From NCBI RefSeq assembly GCF_031769215.1, contig NW_026782110.1:434001-498000 (forward strand): a DNA stretch of 64,000 nt, written 5' to 3'. Below the pieces are notes generated by a model, which did not search any database, had not been told where the DNA came from, and saw only the letters and a program-made list of their open reading frames with translations. The position numbers and the translations under genes are program-made. Below, piece by piece: positions 48,009 through 60,642 of the stretch (positions are counted from its first letter, which is position 1; every line of letters starts with the position of its first letter). The stretch is from Ylistrum balloti. Its lineage: Eukaryota.

Positions 48009-49446
48009 GCTTTTTTTTCAAGAGTATGAATGGTGAATGCAGAATGTTCGTCGGTCACCTAGATATAGCCGAGTGTCATCTCTTGAAACGAGAAACTCGT
48101 ACACACGGATATACACATTCTGACGCGTGTCATGTCATTTTGTATATTGAGCTGAAGGCAGCCCACTGATTCCTTGTATAAACACTTGTTACCGTTACGA
48201 TCGAACGTCGAACGGGTCGCGGACACGGGTCCGTGCACACACCTGTAAACACGAATGTATAGGACCAGAACGAAATCAATTATAATTAATATAAACACGT
48301 ACAGAAGTTATCATTAAGATTTCCATCAATCGGTGCTTGTGATTTGTTTACTGTAACACAATATATATCGCTACAGGTCAGTGTATCACGTCATTGAACA
48401 TTATTGGTCATACGCAAATGGTCGAACACATTGTATAACTTGTATATAACAATATTCGTACATTTTTATTTAAACCACATACACGTTATTGATGTATATA
48501 ACTTGATCGAACTGGTTTTGTGAATTTTATATCATACCGGATATACACGTAGTTTCTATATTTCCGGCGTGTATGGAAAACACGTTTATAATTTTTACGA
48601 GTTCACGTCGAACTGGTCACGCGACACGGGTCAGAGCATATCGCTACTGTCCTTTTACGTGTATTTAAGAGTTGAACGAAAAAGCCATTATAATCATTAT
48701 AAACATATGCAGTGGGTATAATTATTAAAGCCCTCATCGAACGGAAGTTGAGTTTAGTAGACTTTACTGTTGCACCTATTTTTCCATATCGAACTGCCGT
48801 TACTGAACACTTAAGAGCCATCAAAATGGCCGAAACACTGCCTTATATGACCTGTGCGTTGGCATGGAGCTTGACCAGAGTAATTAAGTGCCCTGTAAAC
48901 CGGTCGGACGTTTTCATTAAACATATTTAATCAATTACTTGTGATGACGAGAAATGTGTTGTTTTTTTAACTGTTTTAATTAGTACGAGGAAAACTTGAA
49001 CGCCTTTTTGTACACGTGCATGTAAACCATTTAATTGATGTTTTGCTTGACCGAAATGCACGACTGCATGCTGTTTTAGGGGAAGAAGAGTTTCAAACTT
49101 TATATCATACATTGTATACACGTATGTAAATTTAAACGTCGACGTGCAAATTTGATTGACAAGCTGATGCAGGTGTATCAAAGTAGGGGTTGGGAGTGTA
49201 TAACGATATACTGAATGTCGAAAAAGGACGACGCACGGGCCAGAGAAATTATCGTTTCGAGAGGACAATATACGATAGAAAGGAAAAAGAAAGAAAAATG
49301 CCTTTTGTGTCAGTGCTGGACATCGAATCCGTTTATCTGAAAGCATCGTTACGTTTACGTAATTCTATATATATCTAAATAAGAACAAAACACAATTTCT
49401 TTGCGTATATTCGAGTGAAATGGACACTTGTTGAGAAGAAGTGGGT

Positions 49447-49462
49447 GGCTCTGAAAAGAGCC
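49447..49462 (-). terminator. Histone-type 3' stem-loop, copy 19
   Basis: Identical to copy 1. Confidence 0.88.
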
Positions 49463-49488
49463 GTTGTTAGGGTTTAGGACTGTCATCG

Positions 49489-49815
49489 TCACTCTTCATC
49501 TTCGTCTTCTGATCCCGAAACAACGTCTACAATTTCGCCATACAGGTCCTTTCGGAGTGCGGAGATGTCTTCGGCTTTTTGGTGAGCGTAGTCGTAATAC
49601 ATGTTTCGGAGGCCTTCGACAACCGACAATCGAAGTCTGTAACTGTAGCGAAAAGTGCGTAGTCCGTCTCTCTTGGCGCCGAGGTAACGAGACTGCATGT
49701 CGTCCAGTTTGTAATTCAGTTGTACGATCTGTTCACAAGCCCTTCGGAATCGACGTTCATTGTCGAGCAGGACGAAGCGTTGGTGAAGTGGAGAGTTTCG
49801 TGCTATGACCTTCAT
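49489..49815 (-). CDS. 108-aa protein, copy 19
   Basis: Same protein as copy 12. Confidence 0.7.
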   Translation of the reverse strand: MKVIARNSPLHQRFVLLDNERRFRRACEQIVQLNYKLDDMQSRYLGAKRDGLRTFRYSYRLRLSVVEGLRNMYYDYAHQKAEDISALRKDLYGEIVDVVSGSEDEDEE

Positions 49816-51253
49816 GCTTTTTTTTCAAGAGTATGAATGGTGAATGCAGAATGTTCGTCGGTCACCTAGATATAGCCGAGTGTCATCTCTTGAAACGAGA
49901 AACTCGTACACACGGATATACACATTCTGACGCGTGTCATGTCATTTTGTATATTGAGCTGAAGGCAGCCCACTGATTCCTTGTATAAACACTTGTTACC
50001 GTTACGATCGAACGTCGAACGGGTCGCGGACACGGGTCCGTGCACACACCTGTAAACACGAATGTATAGGACCAGAACGAAATCAATTATAATTAATATA
50101 AACACGTACAGAAGTTATCATTAAGATTTCCATCAATCGGTGCTTGTGATTTGTTTACTGTAACACAATATATATCGCTACAGGTCAGTGTATCACGTCA
50201 TTGAACATTATTGGTCATACGCAAATGGTCGAACACATTGTATAACTTGTATATAACAATATTCGTACATTTTTATTTAAACCACATACACGTTATTGAT
50301 GTATATAACTTGATCGAACTGGTTTTGTGAATTTTATATCATACCGGATATACACGTAGTTTCTATATTTCCGGCGTGTATGGAAAACACGTTTATAATT
50401 TTTACGAGTTCACGTCGAACTGGTCACGCGACACGGGTCAGAGCATATCGCTACTGTCCTTTTACGTGTATTTAAGAGTTGAACGAAAAAGCCATTATAA
50501 TCATTATAAACATATGCAGTGGGTATAATTATTAAAGCCCTCATCGAACGGAAGTTGAGTTTAGTAGACTTTACTGTTGCACCTATTTTTCCATATCGAA
50601 CTGCCGTTACTGAACACTTAAGAGCCATCAAAATGGCCGAAACACTGCCTTATATGACCTGTGCGTTGGCATGGAGCTTGACCAGAGTAATTAAGTGCCC
50701 TGTAAACCGGTCGGACGTTTTCATTAAACATATTTAATCAATTACTTGTGATGACGAGAAATGTGTTGTTTTTTTAACTGTTTTAATTAGTACGAGGAAA
50801 ACTTGAACGCCTTTTTGTACACGTGCATGTAAACCATTTAATTGATGTTTTGCTTGACCGAAATGCACGACTGCATGCTGTTTTAGGGGAAGAAGAGTTT
50901 CAAACTTTATATCATACATTGTATACACGTATGTAAATTTAAACGTCGACGTGCAAATTTGATTGACAAGCTGATGCAGGTGTATCAAAGTAGGGGTTGG
51001 GAGTGTATAACGATATACTGAATGTCGAAAAAGGACGACGCACGGGCCAGAGAAATTATCGTTTCGAGAGGACAATATACGATAGAAAAGAAAAAGAAAG
51101 AAAAATGCCTTTTGTGTCAGTGCTGGACATCGAATCCGTTTATCTGAAAGCATCGTTACGTTTACGTAATTCTATATATATCTAAATAAGAACAAAACAC
51201 AATTTCTTTGCGTATATTCGAGTGAAATGGACACTTGTTGAGAAGAAGTGGGT

Positions 51254-51269
51254 GGCTCTGAAAAGAGCC
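51254..51269 (-). terminator. Histone-type 3' stem-loop, copy 20
   Basis: Identical to copy 1. Confidence 0.88.
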
Positions 51270-51295
51270 GTTGTTAGGGTTTAGGACTGTCATCG

Positions 51296-51622
51296 TCACT
51301 CTTCATCTTCGTCTTCTGATCCCGAAACAACGTCTACAATTTCGCCATACAGGTCCTTTCGGAGTGCGGAGATGTCTTCGGCTTTTTGGTGAGCGTAGTC
51401 GTAATACATGTTTCGGAGGCCTTCGACAACCGACAATCGAAGTCTGTAACTGTAGCGAAAAGTGCGTAGTCCGTCTCTCTTGGCGCCGAGGTAACGAGAC
51501 TGCATGTCGTCCAGTTTGTAATTCAGTTGTACGATCTGTTCACAAGCCCTTCGGAATCGACGTTCATTGTCGAGCAGGACGAAGCGTTGGTGAAGTGGAG
51601 AGTTTCGTGCTATGACCTTCAT
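51296..51622 (-). CDS. 108-aa protein, copy 20
   Basis: Same protein as copy 12. Confidence 0.7.
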   Translation of the reverse strand: MKVIARNSPLHQRFVLLDNERRFRRACEQIVQLNYKLDDMQSRYLGAKRDGLRTFRYSYRLRLSVVEGLRNMYYDYAHQKAEDISALRKDLYGEIVDVVSGSEDEDEE

Positions 51623-53060
51623 GCTTTTTTTTCAAGAGTATGAATGGTGAATGCAGAATGTTCGTCGGTCACCTAGATATAGCCGAGTGTCATCTCTTGA
51701 AACGAGAAACTCGTACACACGGATATACACATTCTGACGCGTGTCATGTCATTTTGTATATTGAGCTGAAGGCAGCCCACTGATTCCTTGTATAAACACT
51801 TGTTACCGTTACGATCGAACGTCGAACGGGTCGCGGACACGGGTCCGTGCACACACCTGTAAACACGAATGTATAGGACCAGAACGAAATCAATTATAAT
51901 TAATATAAACACGTACAGAAGTTATCATTAAGATTTCCATCAATCGGTGCTTGTGATTTGTTTACTGTAACACAATATATATCGCTACAGGTCAGTGTAT
52001 CACGTCATTGAACATTATTGGTCATACGCAAATGGTCGAACACATTGTATAACTTGTATATAACAATATGCGTACATTTTTATTCAAACCACATACACGT
52101 TATTGATGTATATAACTTGATCGAACTGGTTTTGTGAATTTTATATCATACCGGATATACACGTAGTTTCTATATCTCCGGCGTGTATGGAAAACACGTT
52201 TATAATTTTTACGAGTTCACGTCGAACTGGTCACGCGACACGGGTCAGAGCATATCGCTACTGTCCTTTTACGTGTATTTAAGAGTTGAACGAAAAAGCC
52301 ATTATAATCATTATAAACATATGCAGTGGGTATAATTATTAAAGCCCTCATCGAACGGAAGTTGAGTTTAGTAGACTTTACTGTTGCACCTATTTTTCCA
52401 TATCGAACTGCCGTTACTGAACACTTAAGAGCCATCAAAATGGCCGAAACACTGCCTTATATGACCTGTGCGTTGGCATGGAGCTTGACCAGAATAATGA
52501 AGTGACCTGTAAACCGGTCGGACGTTTTCATTAAACATATTTAATCAATTACTTGTGATGACGAGAAATGTGTTGTTTTTTTAACTGTTTTAATTAGTAC
52601 GAGGAAAACTTGAACGCCTTTTTGTATACGTGCATGTAAACCATTTAATTGATGTTTTGCTTGACCGAAATGCACGACTGCATGCTGTTTTAGGGGAAGA
52701 AGAGTTTCAAACTTTATATCATACATTGTATACACGTATGTAAATTTAAACGTCGACGTGCAAATTTGATTGACAAGCTGATGCATGTGTATCAAAGTAG
52801 GGGTTGGGAGTGTATAACGATATACTGAATGTCGAAAAAGGACGACGCACGGGCCAGAGAAATTATCGTTTCGAGAGGACAATATACGATAGAAAAGAAA
52901 AAGAAAGAAAAATGCCTTTTGTGTCAGTGCTGGACATCGAATCCGTTTATCTGAAAGCATCGTTACGTTTACGTAATTCTATATATATCTAAATAAGAAC
53001 AAAACCCAATTTCTTTGCGTATATTCGAGTGAAATGGACACTTGTTGAGAAGAAGTGGGT

Positions 53061-53076
53061 GGCTCTGAAAAGAGCC
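53061..53076 (-). terminator. Histone-type 3' stem-loop, copy 21
   Basis: Identical to copy 1. Confidence 0.88.
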
Positions 53077-53102
53077 GTTGTTAGGGTTTAGGACTGTCAT
53101 CG

Positions 53103-53423
53103 TCACTCTTCATCTTCGTCTTCTGATCCCGAAACAACGTCTACAATTTCGCCATACAGGTCCTTTCGGAGTGCGGAGATGTCTTCGGCTTTTTGGTGAG
53201 CGTAGTCGTAATACATGTTTCGGAGGCCTTCGACAACCGACATTCGAAGTCTGTAACTGTAGCGAAATGTGCGTAGTCCGTTGGCGCCGAGGTAACGAGA
53301 CTGCATGTCGTCCAGTTTGTAATTCAGTTGTACGATCTGTTCACAAGCCCTTCGGAATCGACGTTCATTGTCGAGCAGGACGAAGCGTTGGTCAAGTGGA
53401 GAGTTTCGTGCTATGACCTTCAT
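53103..53423 (-). CDS. 106-aa variant, copy 21
   Basis: In-frame 6-bp deletion (tgtctc lost at ~53280; AKRHG becomes ANG). Confidence 0.68.
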   Translation of the reverse strand: MKVIARNSPLDQRFVLLDNERRFRRACEQIVQLNYKLDDMQSRYLGANGLRTFRYSYRLRMSVVEGLRNMYYDYAHQKAEDISALRKDLYGEIVDVVSGSEDEDEE

Positions 53424-54859
53424 GCTTTTCAAGAGTATGAATGGTGAATGCAGAATGTTCGTCGGTCACCTAGATATAGCCGAGTGTCATCTCTTGAAAC
53501 GAGAAACTCGTACACACGGATATACACATTCTGACGCGTGTCATGTCATTTTGTATATTGAGCTGAAGGCAGCCCACTGATTCCTTGTATAAACACTTGT
53601 TACCGTTACGATCGAACGTCGAACGGGTCGCGGACACGGGTCCGTGCACACACCTGTAATTACGATTGTATAGGACCAGAACGAAATCAATTATAATTAA
53701 TATAAACACGTACAGAAGTTATCATTAAAATTTCCATCAATCGGTGCTTGTGATTTGTTTACTGTAACACAATATATATCGCTACAGGTCAGTGTATCAC
53801 GTCATTGAACATTATTGGTCATACGCAAATGGTCGAACACATTGTATAACTTGTATATAACAATATGCGTACATTTTTATTCAAACCACATACACGTTAT
53901 TGATGTATATAACTTGATCGAACTGGTTTTGTGAATTTTATATCATACCGGATATACACGTAGTTTCTATATCTCCGGCGTGTATGGAAAACACGTTCAT
54001 AATTTTTACGAGCTAACGTCGAACTGGTCACGCGACACGGGTCAGAGCATATCGCTACTGTCCTTTTACGTGTATTTAAGAGTTGAACGAAAAAGCAATT
54101 AAAATCATTATAAACATATGCAGTGGGTATCATTAAAGCCCTCATCGAACGGAAGTTGAGTTTACTAGACTTTAGTGTTGCACCTATTTTTCCATATCGA
54201 ACTGCCGTTACTGAACACTTAAGAGCCATCAAAATGGCCGAAACACTGCCTTATATGACCTGTGCGTTGGCATGGAGCTTGACCAGAATAATGAAGTGAC
54301 CTGTAAACCGGTCGGACGTTTTCATTAAACATATTTAATCAATTACTTGTGATGACGAGAAATGTGTTGTTTTTTTAACTGTTTTAATTAGTACTAGGAA
54401 AACTTGAACGCCTTTTTGTATACGTGCATGTAAACCATTTAATTGATGTATTGCTTGACCGAAATGCACGACTGCATGCTATTTTAGGGGAAGAAGAGTT
54501 TCAAACTTTATATCATACATGGTATACACGTATGTAAATTTAAACGTCGACGTGCAAATTTGATTGACAAGCTGATGCATGTGTATCAAAGTAGGGGTGG
54601 AGAGTGTATAACGATATACTGAATGTCGAAAAAGGACGACGCACGGGTCAGAGAAATTATCATTTCGAGAGGACAATAAACGATACGATAGAAAAGAAAA
54701 AGAAAGAAAAATGCCTTTTGTGTCAGTGCTGGACATCGAATCCGTTTATCTGAAAGCATCGTTACATTTACGTAATTCTATATATATCTAAATAAGAACA
54801 AAACCCAATTTCTTTGCGTATATTCGAGTGAAATGGACACTTGTTGAGAAGAAGTGGGT

Positions 54860-54875
54860 GGCTCTGAAAAGAGCC
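54860..54875 (-). terminator. Histone-type 3' stem-loop, copy 22
   Basis: Identical to copy 1. Confidence 0.88.
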
Positions 54876-54901
54876 GTTGTTAGGGTTTAGGACTGTCATC
54901 G

Positions 54902-55228
54902 TCACTCTTCATCTTCGTCTTCTGATCCCGAAACAACGTCTACAATTTCGCCATACAGGTCCTTTCGGAGTGCGGAGATGTCTTCGGCTTTTTGGTGAGC
55001 GTAGTCGTAATACATGTTTCGGAGGCCTTCGACAACCGACATTCGAAGTCTGTAACTGTAGCGAAAAGTGCGTAGTCCGTGTCTCTTGGCGCCGAGATAA
55101 CGAGACTGCATGTCGTCCAGTTTGTAATTCAGTTGTACGATCTGTTCACAAGCCCTTCGGAATCGACGTTCATTGTCGAGCAGGACGAAGCGTTGGTGAA
55201 GTGGAGAGTTTCGTGCTATGGCCTTCAT
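54902..55228 (-). CDS. 108-aa protein, copy 22
   Basis: Same protein as copy 8. Confidence 0.7.
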   Translation of the reverse strand: MKAIARNSPLHQRFVLLDNERRFRRACEQIVQLNYKLDDMQSRYLGAKRHGLRTFRYSYRLRMSVVEGLRNMYYDYAHQKAEDISALRKDLYGEIVDVVSGSEDEDEE

Positions 55229-56658
55229 GCTTTTCAAGAGTATGAATGGTGAATGCAGAATGTTCGTCGGTCACCTAGATATAGCCGAGTGTCATCTCTT
55301 GAAACGAGAAACTCGTACACACGGATATACACATTCTGACGCGTGTCATGTCATTTTGTATATTCAGCTGAAGGCAGCCCACTGATTCCTTGTATAAACA
55401 CTTGTTACCGTTACGATCGAACGTCGAACGGGTCGCGGACACGGGTCCGTGCACACACCTGTAATTACGAATGTATAGGACCAGAACGAAATCAATTATA
55501 ATTAATATAAACACGTACAGAAGTTATCATTAAAATGTCCATCAATCGGTGCTTGTGATTTGTTTACTGTAACACAATATATATCGCTACAGGTCAGTGT
55601 ATCACGTCATTGAACATTATTGGTCATACGCAAATGGTCGAACACATTGTATAACTTGTATATAACAATATGCGTACATTTTTATTCAAACCACATACAC
55701 GTTATTGATGTATATAACTTGATCGAACTGGTTTTGTGAATTTTATATCATACCGGATATACACGTAGTTTCTATATCTCCGGCGTGTATGGAAAACACT
55801 TTTATAATTTTGACGAGCTAACGTCGAACTGGTCACGCGACACGGGTCAGAGCATATCGCTACTGTCCTTTTACGTGTATTTAAGAGTTGAACGAAAAAG
55901 CAATTAAAATCATTATAAACATATGCAGTGGGTATCATTAAAGCCCTCATCGAACGGAAGTTGAGTTTAGTAGACTTTACTGTTGCACCTATTTTTCCAT
56001 ATCGAACTGCCGTTACTGAACACTTAAGAGCCATCAAAATGGCCGAAACACTGCCTTATATGACCTGTGCGTTGGCATGGAGCTTGACCAGAATAATGAA
56101 GTGACCTGTAAACCGGTCGGACGTTTTCATGAAACATATTTAATCAATTACTTGTGATGACGAGAAATGTGTTGTTTTTTAACTGTTTTAATTAGTACTA
56201 GGAAAACTTGAACGCCTTTTTGTATACGTGCATGTAAACCATTTAATTGATGTTTTGCTTGACCGAAATGCACGACTGCATGCTGTTTTAGGGGAAGAAG
56301 AGTTTCAAACTTTATATCATACATGGTATACACGTATGTAAATTTAAACGTCGACGTGCAAATTTGATTGACAAGCTGATGCATGTGTATCAAAGTAGGG
56401 GTTGGGAGTGTATAACGATATACTGAATGTCGAAAAAGGACGACGCACGGGCCAGAGAAATTATCGTTTCGAGAGGACAATATACGATAGAAAAGAAAAA
56501 GAAAGAAAAATGCCTTTTGTGTCAGTGCTGGACATCGAATCCGTTTATCTGAAAGCATCGTTACATTTACGTAATTCTATATATATCTAAATAAGAACAA
56601 AACCCAATTTCTTTGCGTATATTCGAGTGAAATGGACACTTGTTGAGAAGAAGTGGGT

Positions 56659-56674
56659 GGCTCTGAAAAGAGCC
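56659..56674 (-). terminator. Histone-type 3' stem-loop, copy 23
   Basis: Identical to copy 1. Confidence 0.88.
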
Positions 56675-56700
56675 GTTGTTAGGGTTTAGGACTGTCATCG

Positions 56701-57027
56701 TCACTCTTCATCTTCGTCTTCTGATCCCGAAACAACGTCTACAATTTCGCCATACAGGTCCTTTCGGAGTGCGGAGATGTCTTCGGCTTTTTGGTGAGCG
56801 TAGTCGTAATACATGTTTCGGAGGCCTTCGACAACCGACATTCGAAGTCTGTAACTGTAGCGAAATGTTCGTAGTCCGTGTCTCTTGGCGCCGAGATAAC
56901 GAGACTGCATGTCGTCCAGTTTGTAATTCAGTTGTACGATCTGTTCACAAGCCCTTCGGAATCGACGTTCATTGTCGAGCAGGACGAAGCGTTGGTGAAG
57001 TGGAGAGTTTCGTGCTATGGCCTTCAT
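56701..57027 (-). CDS. 108-aa protein, copy 23
   Basis: Same protein as copy 8; synonymous changes only. Confidence 0.7.
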   Translation of the reverse strand: MKAIARNSPLHQRFVLLDNERRFRRACEQIVQLNYKLDDMQSRYLGAKRHGLRTFRYSYRLRMSVVEGLRNMYYDYAHQKAEDISALRKDLYGEIVDVVSGSEDEDEE

Positions 57028-58460
57028 GCTTTTCAAGAGTATGAATGGTGAATGCAGAATGTTCGTCGGTCACCTAGATATAGCCGAGTGTCATCTCTTG
57101 AAACGAGAAACTCGTACACACGGATATACACATTCTGACGCGTGTCATGTCATTTTGTATATTCAGCTGAAGGCAGTCCACTGATTCCTTCTATAAACAC
57201 TTGTTACCGTTACGATCGAACGTCGAACGGGTCGCGGACACGGGTCCGTGTACACACCTGTAATTACGAATGTATAGGACCAGAACGAAATCAATGATAA
57301 TTAATATAAACACGTACAGAAGTTATCATTAAAATGTCCATCAATCGGTGCTTGTGATTTGTTTACTGTAACACAATATATATCGCTACAGGTCAGTGTA
57401 TCACGTCATTGAACATTATTGGTCATACGCAAATGGTCGAACACATTGTATAACTTGTATATAACAATATGCGTACATTTTTATTCAAACCACATACACG
57501 TTATTGATGTATATAACTTGATCGAACTGGTTTTGTGAATATTCTATCATACCGGATGTACACGTAGTTTCTATATCTCCGGCGTGTATGGAAAACACTT
57601 TTATAATTTTGACGAGCTAACGTCGAACTGGTCACGCGACACGGGTCAGAGCATATCGCTACTGTCCTTTTACGTGTATTTAAGAGTTGAACGAAAAAGC
57701 AATTAAAATCATTATAAACATATGCAGTGGGTATAATTATTAAAGCCCTCATCGAACGGAAGTTGAGTTTAGTAGACTTTATTGTTGCACCTATTGTTCC
57801 ATATCGAACTGCCGTTACTGAACACTTAAGAGCCATCAAAATGGCCGAAACACTGCCTTATATGACCTGTGCGTTGGCATGGAGCTTGACCAGAATAATG
57901 AAGTGCCCTGTAAACCGGTCGGACGTTTTCATGAAACATATTTAATCAATTAATTGTGATGACGAGAAATGTGTTGTTTTTTAACTGTTTTAATTAGTAC
58001 TAGGAAAACTTGAACGCCTTTTTGTATATGTGCATGTAAACCATTTAATTGATGTATTGCTTGACCGAAATGCACGACTGCATGCTATTTTAGGGGAAGA
58101 AGAGTTTCAAACTTTATATCATACATGGTATACACGTATGTAAATTTAAACGTCGACGTGCAAATTTGATTGACAAGCTGATGCATGTGTATCAAAGAAG
58201 GGGTGGAGAGTGTATAACGATATACTGAATGTCGAAAAAGGACGACGCACGGGCCAGAGAAATTATCGTTTCGAGAGGACAATATACGATAGAAAAGAAA
58301 AAGAAAGAAAAATGCCTTTTGTATCAGTGCTGGACATCGAATCCGTTTATCTGAAAGCATCGTTACGTTTACGTAATTCTATATATATCTAAATAAGAAC
58401 AAAACCCAATTTCTTTGCGTATATTCGAGTGAAATGGACACTTGTTGAGAAGAAGTGGGT

Positions 58461-58476
58461 GGCTCTGAAAAGAGCC
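58461..58476 (-). terminator. Histone-type 3' stem-loop, copy 24
   Basis: Identical to copy 1. Confidence 0.88.
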
Positions 58477-58502
58477 GTTGTTAGGGTTTAGGACTGTCAT
58501 CG

Positions 58503-58829
58503 TCACTCTTCATCTTCGTCTTCTGATCCCGAAACAACGTCTACAATTTCGCCATACAGGTCCTTTCGGAGTGCGGAGATGTCTTCGGCTTTTTGGTGAG
58601 CGTAGTCGTAATACATGTTTCGGAGGCCTTCGACAACCGACATTCGAAGTCTGTAACTGTAGCGAAATGTTCGTAGTCCGTGTCTCTTGGCGCCGAGATA
58701 ACGAGACTGCATGTCGTCCAGTTTGTAATTCAGTTGTACGATCTGTTCACAAGCCCTTCGGAATCGACGTTCATTGTCGAGCAGGACGAAGCGTTGGTGA
58801 AGTGGAGAGTTTCGTGCTATGACCTTCAT
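58503..58829 (-). CDS. 108-aa protein, copy 24
   Basis: Same protein as copy 9. Confidence 0.7.
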   Translation of the reverse strand: MKVIARNSPLHQRFVLLDNERRFRRACEQIVQLNYKLDDMQSRYLGAKRHGLRTFRYSYRLRMSVVEGLRNMYYDYAHQKAEDISALRKDLYGEIVDVVSGSEDEDEE

Positions 58830-60273
58830 GCTTTTTTTTTTCAAGAGTATGAATGGTGAATGCAGAATGTTCGTCGGTCACCTAGATATAGCCGAGTGTC
58901 ATCTCTTGAAACGAGAAACTCGTACACACGGATATACACATTCTGACGCGTGTCATGTCATTTTGTATATTGAGCTGAAGGCAGCCCACTGATTCCTTGT
59001 ATAAACACTTGTTACCGTTACGATCGAACGTCGAACGGGTCGCGGACACGGGTCCGTGCACACACCTGTACACACGAATGTATAGGACCAGAACGAAATC
59101 AATTATAATTAATATAAACACGTACAGAAGTTATCATTAAAATTTCCATCAATCGGTGCTTGTGATTTGTTTACTGTAACACAATATATATCGCTACAGG
59201 TCAGTGTATCACGTCATTGAACATTATTGGTCATACGCAAATGGTCGAACACATTGTATAACTTGTATATAACAATATGCGTACATTTTTATTCAAACCA
59301 CATACACGTTATTGATGTATATAACTTGATCGAACTGGTTTTGTGAATTTTATATCATACCGGATATACACGTAGTTTCTATATCTCCGGCGTGTATGGA
59401 AAACACGTTTATAATTTTTACGAGTTAACGTCGAACTGGTCACGCGACACGGGTCAGAGCATATCGCTACTGTCCTTTTACGTGTATTTAAGAGTTGAAC
59501 GAAAAACGTATTAAAATCAATATAAAGATATGCAGTGGGTATAATTATTAAAGCCCTCATCGAACGGAAGTTGAGTTTAGTAGACTTTACTGTTGCACCT
59601 ATTTTTCCATATCGAACTGCCGTTACTGAACACTTAAGAGCCATCAAAATGGCCGAAACACTGCCTTATATGACCTGTGCGTTGGCATGGAGCTTGACCA
59701 GAATAATGAAGTGACCTGTAAACCGGTCGGACGTTTTCATTAAACATATTTAATCAATTAATTGTGATGACGAGAAATGTGTTGTTTTTAAACTGTTTTA
59801 ATTAGTACTAGGAAAACTTGAACGCCTTTTTGTATACGTGCATGTAAACCATTTAATTGATGTTTTGCTTGACCGAAATGCACGACTGCATGCTGTTTTA
59901 GGGGAAGAAGAGTTTCAAACTTTATATCATACATTGTATACACGTATGTAAATTTAAACGTCGACGTGCAAATTTGATTGACAAGCTGATGCATGTGTAT
60001 CAAAGTAGGGGTTGGGAGTGTATAACGATATACTGAATGTCGAAAAAGGACGACGCACGGGCCAGAGAAATTATCATTTCGAGAGGACAATATACGATAC
60101 GATGGAAAAGAAAAAGAAAGAAAAATGCCTTTTGTGTCAGTGCTGGACATCGAATCCGTTTATCTGAAAGCATCGTTACGTTTACGTAATTCTATATATA
60201 TCTAAATAAGAAGAAAACCCAATTTCTTTGCGTATATTCGAGTGAAATGGACACTTGTTGAGAAGAAGTGGGT

Positions 60274-60289
60274 GGCTCTGAAAAGAGCC
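60274..60289 (-). terminator. Histone-type 3' stem-loop, copy 25
   Basis: Identical to copy 1. Confidence 0.88.
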
Positions 60290-60315
60290 GTTGTTAGGGT
60301 TTAGGACTGTCATCG

Positions 60316-60642
60316 TCACTCTTCATCTTCGTCTTCTGATCCCGAAACAACGTCTACAATTTCGCCATACAGGTCCTTTCGGAGTGCGGAGATGTCTTCG
60401 GCTTTTTGGTGAGCGTAGTCGTAATACATGTTTCGGAGGCCTTCGACAACCGACATTCGAAGTCTGTAACTGTAGCGAAATGTGCGTAGTCCGTGTCTCT
60501 TGGCGCCGAGGTAACGAGACTGCATGTCGTCCAGTTTGTAATTCAGTTGTACGATCTGTTCACAAGCCCTTCGGAATCGACGTTCATTGTCGAGCAGGAT
60601 GAAGCGTTGGTCAAGTGGAGAGTTTCGTGCTATGGCCTTCAT
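60316..60642 (-). CDS. 108-aa protein, copy 25
   Basis: Protein identical to copies 1-7. Confidence 0.7.
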   Translation of the reverse strand: MKAIARNSPLDQRFILLDNERRFRRACEQIVQLNYKLDDMQSRYLGAKRHGLRTFRYSYRLRMSVVEGLRNMYYDYAHQKAEDISALRKDLYGEIVDVVSGSEDEDEE

